Below, in pieces: positions 16,941-23,571 of a stretch of DNA of 24,451 nucleotides. Under the pieces are notes generated by a model. It had not been told where the DNA came from. It made no database searches and saw only the letters and a program-made list of their open reading frames with translations. This stretch comes from a virus (Duplodnaviria; Caudoviricetes): positions 1 through 24,451 of IMG/VR virus record IMGVR_UViG_3300042539_001535; one strand, written 5' to 3'. Position numbers and translations under genes: made by a program. How positions within the stretch are numbered: position 1 is the stretch's first letter; each line of letters begins with the position of its first letter.

Positions 16941-18622
16941 GCGGCCCCCGGCGTGCCGTAGCCGCTGAACATGCCGACGACGTCGGTCAGCGCGTTGCGT
17001 TGGTCGGTCGGAGCCGAGGCCATGTCGCGAGCCGCGCCCGCGTGCACCGCCATCATCTCGGCCTTCTTCGCCTCGGCCTGCGCGGCCGCGCGAGCCTGCC
17101 GCAGCGCCTGCACTTCCTCGGTCGAACGGAGGATGTCCACCGGGGCACCAAGCGCGTCGGAGTAGAAGTCGAGCAGCGCGTCGGGGTCCAGCTTGTCGGC
17201 GGCTTCCGGCCGGCCAACCGCGCCCACCGCCTGCACCACGGCCAGCACGCGGTCGACGGCAACCGTTCCGACAGCTCGCTGCGCCTGCGCCAGCATGCTC
17301 ACGAACTCGATGCCAAGCTCTGCCCCCGCGAGCTCCGGCGGCGGCGGCATGATCTCGCCGCGCTTCATCGCCTCGTAAAAGGCGAACTCGACCAAGGGCT
17401 CGAACAGCTCCGTGTGCATCCGCTCGTAGACCGGGCCGAGCATCAACAGCTTCTCCTGGTGCCGCTCTGCCACTTCGGTCGCCGTCATCTGCCGGCGATC
17501 GCTGCTCGCCAGCATCAAGAACAGGTCGGTGAAGTAGTTCGTTCGCAGCCGCTGCCGGATCTCGTCCTCGGACTGCTTCAGGTCGGCCAGGTTCAGCCGC
17601 ACTTCCCACATCGCCTGGATGCGCTCGCCGCCGCTCGTCGAGGTCAACCCGCCAGGCAAGCGGTCGATGTCGCGGTTCTTGACGTCGCCGGGGATGTCGA
17701 GCGGCGGCTCGACCTGGTACTCGATCGCCTTGGCCTTCTGCAGCTGCATGTGCTGCAGCTGCATCACGTCGCCGAGCGTGGCCATCGCCAGACCGCGGCC
17801 GTACGCGTCGTTGCTGGTCACTTCCCAGCGAGGGCACAGCACCGGGAAACGGTCGTATTCGTGCTCGTCGAGCAACTGCTTGTTGCCGTCGTCGCCGTGC
17901 TCGATGTAGACGCTGGTCCACCTCTGCTCGCTGCCGCCGAGCCCCATCGTGACCATGTCGTGCACGGGCTCGATCGCGTGGACGATCCGCACCTCGTGCT
18001 CGTAGTTGCGGCGATCCCAGTTGTGCCGCGTTGCGCTGCAGGCTCGGTCGTAGCCGAAGTGCGCCACGAGCTCGCCGACCGTGGTTTCGAACTCGCGGTA
18101 GACCGAGGTGACGTTGCCTTCCCAGTCGTTCTCGATGCAGTACTGGCCCCACGTCATCGGGTAGAGGTGGATGCCTCGCCGTGGGTGCGGCTCCAGGATC
18201 GCCGGCCCGGTGCCGAACAGGCCTAGCTCCTCGTACATCTGCGGCAGAGCCCGGTACGTGTTGCTGCGACGCAGCATGCGCTCCGTCATCTGCGTCGCGT
18301 GCTCGGCCCACTTGCGCGCGCTGTGGCGCTTCGCGATGTCGGGATCCCGCGGCACCCAGCGGAACCACTGGCGACCCGGCGACGACGCTCCGGACATCAT
18401 CCCGGCCACCAGCGCACGCACAGCGAACGTGGCCGTCGAGTCGATGATCTTGCGCGGGCGCTTGCCGCCGACGTTGCGATCGGTGGTCACCCAGCGGCCG
18501 AGGCGCGGGTTGTGGTAGTCGGCGACGTCGCGCGCTTCGCTGTCCCACGTCGACCGCTCGACCAGCAGCTTCGCGTGCCGCGCGAGGTAGTAGCTGCGAT
18601 CCTTCTCTGGGCGGTACATCAC
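16937..18622 (-). CDS. Portal protein (head-to-tail connector, T7 gp8 / BPP-1 Bbp21-like)
   Basis: IIDSTATFAVRALVAGMMSG, SNTYRALPQMYEELGLFGTG, FPVLCPRW...YGRG, MTATEVAERHQEKLLMLGPVYER, IEFVSMLAQAQR; start GTG 18622 or ATG 18619. Confidence 0.96.
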   Translation of the reverse strand: MMYRPEKDRSYYLARHAKLLVERSTWDSEARDVADYHNPRLGRWVTTDRNVGGKRPRKIIDSTATFAVRALVAGMMSGASSPGRQWFRWVPRDPDIAKRHSARKWAEHATQMTERMLRRSNTYRALPQMYEELGLFGTGPAILEPHPRRGIHLYPMTWGQYCIENDWEGNVTSVYREFETTVGELVAHFGYDRACSATRHNWDRRNYEHEVRIVHAIEPVHDMVTMGLGGSEQRWTSVYIEHGDDGNKQLLDEHEYDRFPVLCPRWEVTSNDAYGRGLAMATLGDVMQLQHMQLQKAKAIEYQVEPPLDIPGDVKNRDIDRLPGGLTSTSGGERIQAMWEVRLNLADLKQSEDEIRQRLRTNYFTDLFLMLASSDRRQMTATEVAERHQEKLLMLGPVYERMHTELFEPLVEFAFYEAMKRGEIMPPPPELAGAELGIEFVSMLAQAQRAVGTVAVDRVLAVVQAVGAVGRPEAADKLDPDALLDFYSDALGAPVDILRSTEEVQALRQARAAAQAEAKKAEMMAVHAGAARDMASAPTDQRNALTDVVGMFSGYGTPGAA

Positions 18623-18951
18623 TCACCCAGAAGGTTCTTGCGGCCGATGGGGATCTCTCCGGTGACGCCGCTTGGACCCGACAGCCGTTGGCCGCGTGGC
18701 GGATTCAGCAGCTCGGCGGCGAGGATGCGGGCCACGTCCGGCCCCTGCTTCTGCTGCTGCGCGATCTCCTCCTCAGCGCGCTGCGCCTCGCCGGCAGACT
18801 GCGCCAGGGCATCCTCTTGCGCCTTCTGCTGCGCGGCGAGGTTGCGGCGCTGCTGCCGCTTCTGCTGCTCGCCTTGGTCAGCCGCATACGCAGCCCCGCC
18901 AGCAGCCGCAGCAGCGGACACCACAGCAGCAACAGCGGTGGTGACGCCCAT
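18619..18951 (-). CDS. Small Ala/Gln-rich pre-portal protein (110 aa)
   Basis: Probable start ATG 18951 (TGATG overlap): MGVTTAVAAVVSAAAAAGGAAYAA...LSGPSGV...GRKNLLGE, the LLG-ending small protein typical just upstream of podophage portals. Confidence 0.75.
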   Translation of the reverse strand: MGVTTAVAAVVSAAAAAGGAAYAADQGEQQKRQQRRNLAAQQKAQEDALAQSAGEAQRAEEEIAQQQKQGPDVARILAAELLNPPRGQRLSGPSGVTGEIPIGRKNLLGE

Positions 18952-19397
18952 CAGACCCGCTCCGAGTAGATGATGTCCTGCACCTGGCACGAATGGACCA
19001 AGATGCGATCGAGCGGCGAGCCCTGCTTCGCGTGCCAGAGCACCAGCTTCGCGCCGCGCCGGGCCGCCTCCGCCTTGGTCCAGGCTCGCATGTCGCGGAA
19101 CACACGCGCGCCGCGGTGCGACGGGTCGACGAACAGCGCGTGGTTCTGGCAGACGACGACGCTCGCGTAGTGCATCAGCGTCGTCACGATGCTGCTCGCG
19201 TAGCCGACCAGCTCCTCGCCCTGCCAGGCGCCGCAGGCCACCAGCGCACCCGCGCGCTCCAACTGCTCCAGCTTGGCCCAGTCGGGCTCAAGCTGGCAGA
19301 TGTCCTTGTTGAGCGCGACTTCGTCGTAGTGACGACGCAACAGATCCGAGCCAAGCGCACGCACTGTCACGACCTCGATGGCCCGGACTTCGATCAT
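18951..19397 (-). CDS. GNAT-family N-acetyltransferase (148 aa)
   Basis: HYDEVA...LEPDW, ELVGYASSIV, ALFVDPSHRG (acetyl-CoA motif A), AEAARRGAKLVLWHAK. Confidence 0.85.
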   Translation of the reverse strand: MIEVRAIEVVTVRALGSDLLRRHYDEVALNKDICQLEPDWAKLEQLERAGALVACGAWQGEELVGYASSIVTTLMHYASVVVCQNHALFVDPSHRGARVFRDMRAWTKAEAARRGAKLVLWHAKQGSPLDRILVHSCQVQDIIYSERV

Positions 19398-19404
19398 CGT
19401 GGCG

Positions 19405-19443
19405 GGACGCTAGGTCGGCGGGCTCGGAGGTATGCCCCCCCCT
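19405..19443 (-). promoter_or_regulatory. Candidate late promoter, copy 2 (AGGGGGGGGCATACC-N16-TAGCGTCC)
   Basis: Same blocks and spacing as 14790-14828; lies in the 3' end of the upstream ORF; TAGCGT at 19412-19407, 9 nt before the GNAT ATG. Confidence 0.65.
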
Positions 19444-19712
19444 TCGCACAGCCGCGGCGCGTCCGCGTGCAAAGGCGCATCGACGTAGCGCCACCGTCGC
19501 GGGATCGTCGCACGGCGCCTGTAGCGCAGGACGTCGCGGATCCAGTCCGCCACCAGCTCCGGATGCCGCTTGGCCATCATCTTCCAGCCGATCCCGTCTC
19601 GTTCCGCCTCATCGCGGATCGCCTTCACCACAGCGTCGGGAATGCGCGTGCGATGGTGCGCGTCGCCCAGCGGATTGCCTCGCTCGTCCAGGGGGATGGC
19701 TTGGCGGCGCAT
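19410..19712 (-). CDS. Small putative DNA-binding (HTH-like) protein (100 aa)
   Basis: Probable start ATG 19712, 1 nt after the terminase stop; GDAHHRTRIPDAVVKAIRD...GIGWKMMAKRH...WIRDVLRYRRR resembles the helical DNA-binding tail of phage HNH proteins, without a nuclease domain. Confidence 0.6.
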   Translation of the reverse strand: MRRQAIPLDERGNPLGDAHHRTRIPDAVVKAIRDEAERDGIGWKMMAKRHPELVADWIRDVLRYRRRATIPRRWRYVDAPLHADAPRLCEGGGIPPSPPT

Positions 19713-19713
19713 C

Positions 19714-21168
19714 TCACATCCTCGCAAACGGGTTGTAGTCGCGGCGCCGCGAGCTGCCGGCGTCCAGGATTCGCTTCAGGGTGTCGCGCTGCCCGTTGCG
19801 GCGAGCTGCCACCGGATGCGCGAACGTCAGCGCCAGCGCGTCGGCGATGTCGGGGCTGCGACCGAGCCGAGCCTTGAGCTGGCGCTTGTCCTCGAGCTGG
19901 ACCCTGTCGCCCTTGAACGAGTAGGTCTGCGTCGACAGCTCCGCCACGAGATCCGGCACGTCCGGCAGGCAGCCGCCAGCCCGCACCCACTCGGCCAGCA
20001 GGAAGTACATCTCCGCCCGCTTGTTCAGGTAGCGGCGGTCGCTGGGCTCCTCGCTGAAGTTCACGCCGCGCGGGGCGAAGTTCAACGCCTTGAGCTGGTC
20101 CACCCAGCCGCCGCCGAAACCGCCGGTGTTGTCGATGAACACCGCGTCGGCGTCCCAATCCTGCCACAGGCGCGCGATCGAACCGGCGCCCTGGATCGAG
20201 TCGATGTTGCGCCACCGCTTCGGCTGGTAGGCCACCAAGCCCTGCCGCTGGATCGCGCAGGATGCGTCGTCGCCCTCGCGCGCCACGTCAACGCCGAGGA
20301 TCCTGGCCGCGTGCGCCACGTCCTGCTCGCGCAGCGTCCGCTTCATCGCCGCGCGGATCTCGTCTGCGCTCAGCAGCTGGTTGATGCCCCCCGCCGGGAA
20401 CTGGCCCAGGATGTAGGCCTGCACCCACGGGTTGTCGCGGCCGTAGGTGGCGATCTGCTGCCGCGCCCACTCGATCGACACGCGCGGCGACCGCTTCGGG
20501 TCGTCGGGGTCGCCGGTGACGCGGATGACGTGCCAAGCACCGCTCTGCGCCGCCTCGTGCAGCATGCCCGTCGTGGTCAGCGGGTTTCCCGCCTGCATCA
20601 CGCACCCGAACCGGACGTCGGTCGACAGCGCTTGCTGCGCCGCCCGGCTCACGGCCGACGGGATCGCGCCCGACTCGTCGATCAGGGCGGCCACATACCC
20701 GCCGTGCAGGCCGGACAGCGTCTTGCCCTGCTCCTCCGGGCTCGCGGTCTTCGGCCAGCTCCTCGCCTCCAGGAACCACGTCGCCGGCTTCGAACGCAAC
20801 GTCACGCGGCTCGACGTCCACTCAAAGCAGTGCGACAGGAACGGGCTGCGCTGCATCCACTTGGCCAGCTCCGGCCACAGGTTGCTGCGCAGGTTGTCGC
20901 TGGTCACCGAGACCGCGTAGCCCTTCGGGTGGTCGCCGGGTTCCCCCTGGCACGCCAGGAACCACAGCCCGCACCAGGCCAGAACCGCGCTCTTGCCGGG
21001 GCCGGCGCATGCCTGCAGCGACACAAGCGGCTTCTTCGGGTCCGCAAACGCTTGCAGCGCATCAACTTGCCAAGCGTCAGGCTCGACCTTGAAGTTCTCC
21101 CGCACGAAGGCGACGGGATCGGCGCGCCAGCGCTGCAGAGTCGTCAGCGCCAGCCCGTCCAACGTCAT
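19714..21168 (-). CDS. terL: Terminase large subunit (484 aa)
   Basis: PDAWQ adenine-binding motif, Walker A ACAGPGKS, Walker B AALIDES, motif AGNP, nuclease ILGVDVAREGDD, IDNTGGFGGG, SPDIADALA. Confidence 0.96.
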   Translation of the reverse strand: MTLDGLALTTLQRWRADPVAFVRENFKVEPDAWQVDALQAFADPKKPLVSLQACAGPGKSAVLAWCGLWFLACQGEPGDHPKGYAVSVTSDNLRSNLWPELAKWMQRSPFLSHCFEWTSSRVTLRSKPATWFLEARSWPKTASPEEQGKTLSGLHGGYVAALIDESGAIPSAVSRAAQQALSTDVRFGCVMQAGNPLTTTGMLHEAAQSGAWHVIRVTGDPDDPKRSPRVSIEWARQQIATYGRDNPWVQAYILGQFPAGGINQLLSADEIRAAMKRTLREQDVAHAARILGVDVAREGDDASCAIQRQGLVAYQPKRWRNIDSIQGAGSIARLWQDWDADAVFIDNTGGFGGGWVDQLKALNFAPRGVNFSEEPSDRRYLNKRAEMYFLLAEWVRAGGCLPDVPDLVAELSTQTYSFKGDRVQLEDKRQLKARLGRSPDIADALALTFAHPVAARRNGQRDTLKRILDAGSSRRRDYNPFARM

Positions 21169-21641
21169 CCGTCCCCCGCGTCGGATTTTTCAACATTCTC
21201 GGCAGGCGACTGGCTACCTGTAAGAGTTTGCTGTTGCGGTAGGAGTCCAAGCGTCTGCCCGATGACCTGATCGAGCGTCAGGCTGCCGCTGTGCTCGATG
21301 CCGACCCGGTCGCCCCACTTGGTCGGTCGGCGGCGGGCCAGGATCCACTTTCTGCTGTCGATGCGAGCCCGGCGCCTCTGCTCGAAGGCGCCAGCCGTCA
21401 AGGCGTCGTCGCTCACCGGCTCGTCGGCGATGTCCTGGATCTCGTCAGCCAGGATCTCGTCCCCAACCTCTCGCGCCCGCGCGTATTGTGACGCGATGTC
21501 AGGGTCGCGCTCGCACCACAACCTGAACGCATGGTTGCCGACCTTCAGCTGCCGGCACGCCTCGCGCATCGAGTAACCCTCGGCGATCAGCTCGATGACC
21601 TGCAGCGCGGTCTCGCGCGGCGTGACGATCTTGGGGGCCAT
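21165..21641 (-). CDS. terS: Terminase small subunit (Sf6-like)
   Basis: HTH IAEGYSMREACRQL, QYARAREVG...LADEIQDIAD, RARIDSRKWILARRRPTKWGDR; ATGA overlap with terL. Start ATG 21641 (preferred) or 21650. Confidence 0.9.
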   Translation of the reverse strand: MAPKIVTPRETALQVIELIAEGYSMREACRQLKVGNHAFRLWCERDPDIASQYARAREVGDEILADEIQDIADEPVSDDALTAGAFEQRRRARIDSRKWILARRRPTKWGDRVGIEHSGSLTLDQVIGQTLGLLPQQQTLTGSQSPAENVEKSDAGDG

Positions 21642-21648
21642 GGGCGCC

Positions 21649-21677
21649 ATGGTAGCGCCGAATCCCGTTTTTGGGAA
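21649..21677 (-). promoter_or_regulatory. Candidate terS promoter TTCCCA-N17-TACCAT
   Basis: TACCAT at 21654-21649 lies 7 nt before ATG 21641; TTCCCA at 21677-21672 is 17 nt upstream and part of a TGGGA-N5-TCCCA dyad (21672-21686). Confidence 0.45.
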
Positions 21678-21687
21678 CTGGTCCCAC

Positions 21688-21903
21688 CTATGGGATCTGC
21701 AGCAGCCAATCGGCCGACACGCCGAGCGCGAGCGCGATCCGCCGCAGAGCGTCTGCCCGCGGCACCATCTCGCCCCGCTCGATCCTGGCCCAGGTGTTCG
21801 GTGCCATCGCGGCCAGTTTCGCCACTGCCGCCTGCGTTCGGTTCGATCGCGCCGCGGCGACCCGTGCGCCTAACTCCTTTGCCAATAGTTGCTTGTCGAT
21901 CAT
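21688..21903 (-). CDS. XRE/Cro-CI-family HTH transcriptional regulator (71 aa)
   Basis: Probable start ATG 21903: LGARVAAARSNRTQAAVAKLAAMAPNTWARIERGEMVPRADALRRIALALGVSADWLL, a complete XRE domain with no peptidase domain. Confidence 0.9.
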   Translation of the reverse strand: MIDKQLLAKELGARVAAARSNRTQAAVAKLAAMAPNTWARIERGEMVPRADALRRIALALGVSADWLLQIP

Positions 21904-21910
21904 GCGAAAG

Positions 21911-21916
21911 ATTCTA
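21911..21916 (-). promoter_or_regulatory. -10 element (TAGAAT) for a leaderless XRE transcript
   Basis: TAGAAT followed by 7 nt and the ATG at 21903; no Shine-Dalgarno sequence in between. Confidence 0.55.
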
Positions 21917-21926
21917 TCTCCATCGC

Positions 21927-21955
21927 TTGCAACTTTCCATCCCGATCCGTATAGT
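21927..21955 (+). promoter_or_regulatory. Sigma70-type promoter TTGCAA-N17-TATAGT
   Basis: -35 at 21927-21932, -10 at 21950-21955, exact 17-nt spacer, in an AT-richer gap pointing at the plus-strand operon. Confidence 0.75.
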
Positions 21956-22047
21956 ATCGACATCGCGAGCGAGTGACTCGCGACCGACCCGGAGGCACCG
22001 GGACGCTGGCCCGCGGCGCACTGCGGGCACAGGATCGATACGCAGAT

Positions 22048-22449
22048 ATGTTCCACTACAGCAATTTCGGGTCGTTCTCCGGCGAGCTGGCCCGCTTCGC
22101 CGACCTTCGCGGGTACGTCCCTCAGGAGGGCAATCGCCACGAGAGCATGGAGTGGGATGCGCTGACGAAATGGGATGACGAGTCGTGGGCCGAGTTCGTG
22201 GCCGCAGCCGTAGACGCCACCGAGCGGGCCACCGCGCAGATAGAGGAGGCGGGCCTCCATCGATACCGCTTCGCCACGGAAGCTGTCAGCGGCACCATCG
22301 TGGCCGCGAACGCCGAGGACGTGCTCCGCCAGCTCATCCGAGAGGACGAATGGCCGGCCCGTGACGCCAGAGCGGTGGCGAACGGTAGTTGGCTGTGGAT
22401 CCACAGCGACACGGCAGACGACGAGATCGAGCGCGGAGACATGCCATGA
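22048..22449 (+). CDS. Acidic hypothetical protein (133 aa)
   Basis: Probable start ATG 22048 (MFHYSNFGSF...; track start 21973 also possible); high GC3 codon usage; by hand about 27 Asp/Glu against 12 Lys/Arg. Confidence 0.72.
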   Translation: MFHYSNFGSFSGELARFADLRGYVPQEGNRHESMEWDALTKWDDESWAEFVAAAVDATERATAQIEEAGLHRYRFATEAVSGTIVAANAEDVLRQLIREDEWPARDARAVANGSWLWIHSDTADDEIERGDMP

Positions 22450-22880
22450 CCGGACGATCCGATCACGTCCTCATCCGCCGCACCGGCCTCCCGGCCCTGC
22501 GGCTCGACCACTACGGCCTGCAGGCGCAGGCGAGCAGTCGCACCCACAGCGGGCCGCGCCAGTCGCGATGGCACGAGCTCGAGTGGTGGTCGCACGACCT
22601 CGCCCCGCCCGGCCCCGAACAGAGGCATTGCCTCGTCGTGCGCTACTGCACCCAGTGGGAAGGCGAGCTCGGCCACGACCACGCCGAGATCCTGCTCCGC
22701 CGAGACCTCGCCGCGGTGCTGCAGCGCATCGATCCGTGCGAGCACGTGGCCGGATACCCGGACGCCGAGGCGTACGCCGAGCGGCAGCGCCGGCTACTGC
22801 AGGCGATCCGCGCTGGCTACGAGCATGCCGTGAGCGACCTGCTGGCCGTAGCCAAGGTCTGGGAACTGCCTGAAGGCTGA
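22446..22880 (+). CDS. Hypothetical protein (144 aa)
   Basis: Probable start ATG 22446 in an ATGA overlap: MTGRSDHVLIRRTGLPALRL...SRWHELEWW...YCTQWEGE. Confidence 0.75.
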   Translation: MTGRSDHVLIRRTGLPALRLDHYGLQAQASSRTHSGPRQSRWHELEWWSHDLAPPGPEQRHCLVVRYCTQWEGELGHDHAEILLRRDLAAVLQRIDPCEHVAGYPDAEAYAERQRRLLQAIRAGYEHAVSDLLAVAKVWELPEG

Positions 22881-22941
22881 CGCCAACTTCGCCGCCCTGT
22901 AGCCGGCGGTTTGGGCCCTACGCTTTGGCGGGGCAAGCCCT

Positions 22942-22984
22942 CGTGCGCCACTTCGCGACGCTACACGTGCGCCACTTCGCGACG
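22942..22984. repeat. Two exact 19-bp direct repeats CGTGCGCCACTTCGCGACG (period 24)
   Basis: Copies at 22942-22960 and 22966-22984 separated by CTACA. Confidence 0.9.
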
Positions 22985-23028
22985 GGCACCCCAAGAGCAG
23001 CGACGAGCATTGCCCGTCGTTGCCCGTC

Positions 23029-23088
23029 AGTGGGAACCGACGTGGGAACTCCAGTGGGAACCGAAGTGGGAACTGAAGTGGGAACCAC
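23029..23088. repeat. Five tandem 12-bp units with invariant core GTGGGAAC (iteron-like)
   Basis: AGTGGGAACCGA, CGTGGGAACTCC, AGTGGGAACCGA, AGTGGGAACTGA, AGTGGGAACCAC. Confidence 0.92.
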
Positions 23089-23131
23089 GAATCGCGCACA
23101 CTCGCGCATGCGCGATCTTCTGCGCGATTCG
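23088..23131. repeat. Nested inverted repeats
   Basis: CGAATCGCGCA (23088-23098) / TGCGCGATTCG (23121-23131) enclosing the perfect 14-bp palindrome TCGCGCATGCGCGA (23102-23115). Confidence 0.85.
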
Positions 23132-23137
23132 CGAACA

Positions 23138-23159
23138 GCGACATCGCGACATCGCGACA
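23138..23159. repeat. Tandem 8-bp repeat GCGACATC x2.75
   Basis: GCGACATC GCGACATC GCGACA. Confidence 0.85.
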
Positions 23160-23210
23160 AGGGCAAAGTTGGGCAACGCCCCACGCCGCCCAATGGCGCG
23201 CTCCGTCCCT

Positions 23211-23249
23211 CGCATCCCCCGGGGATGCGTCAGGGCAACTTCACCCTGA
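23211..23249. repeat. Two adjacent inverted repeats
   Basis: CGCATCCCC-C-GGGGATGCG (23211-23229) immediately followed by TCAGGG-N8-CCCTGA (23230-23249), just downstream of the stop at 23281. Confidence 0.8.
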
Positions 23250-23280
23250 CATCCCCGGACGCAGGCCGAGCGGCCTAGCC

Positions 23281-23571
23281 TCAGAGCTCCGGCGGGCCGA
23301 GGTCCTCGATCGCCTTCGCCACAACAAGCAGCAGCTTCTGCTCCGCCACCGCCAATGCCACAGCCGCAAGATGCAGCAGCGCCCGCTGCGCTTGCAGCGC
23401 CGGCATTTTCTCTGCCCCCACATGCGTGTTCTTGGCCACCGTGCCGGCTGCGTGCCAGTCTGCGTATTGCTCCGAGCGCTTGACCTCGGCCACCACCCGA
23501 CGCTGTTCGGCGCACGTGGCCTCGAACTCGAACCCGAAGAACGAATGCCTCTCGCGGTCCTCGTAGCCCAT
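23281..23571 (-). CDS. Hypothetical protein (96 aa)
   Basis: Probable start ATG 23571 in a TGATG overlap: MGYEDRERHSFFGFEFEATC... Confidence 0.6.
   Translation of the reverse strand: MGYEDRERHSFFGFEFEATCAEQRRVVAEVKRSEQYADWHAAGTVAKNTHVGAEKMPALQAQRALLHLAAVALAVAEQKLLLVVAKAIEDLGPPEL

Noticed and set aside
59-21576. Long plus-strand ORFs (e.g. 1393..3756, 6040..7815, 13093..14538, 19570..21270)
   Set aside because: Antisense shadows of high-GC minus-strand genes; no recognisable motifs and full overlap with well-supported phage genes.
9214-22404. Track starts at 9522, 13084, 16444, 18626, 18990 and 22404
   Set aside because: These extensions overlap real upstream genes in another frame and give Arg/Gly-rich nonsense; coupled or promoter-adjacent starts at 9213, 12232, 15826, 16940, 18951 and 21903 fit better.
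22891-22912. Intrinsic terminator for the plus-strand operon (GCCGCC-N8-GGCGGT-TT)
   Set aside because: Position fits but the stem is short and the U-tract is only about three bases; too weak to call.
22942-23088. CRISPR or mini-CRISPR array
   Set aside because: Units are 12 and 19 bp with 4-5 nt variable parts, far too short for repeat-spacer structure; no cas genes.
22911-23278. ORFs across the repeat region (22925..23278 +, 22911..23249 +, 22918..23193 -)
   Set aside because: TTG-type starts without clear RBS and low-complexity products; periods of 12 and 24 keep frames open on both strands. Not called, though a decayed replication-initiator fragment (VGTE repeats) cannot be excluded.
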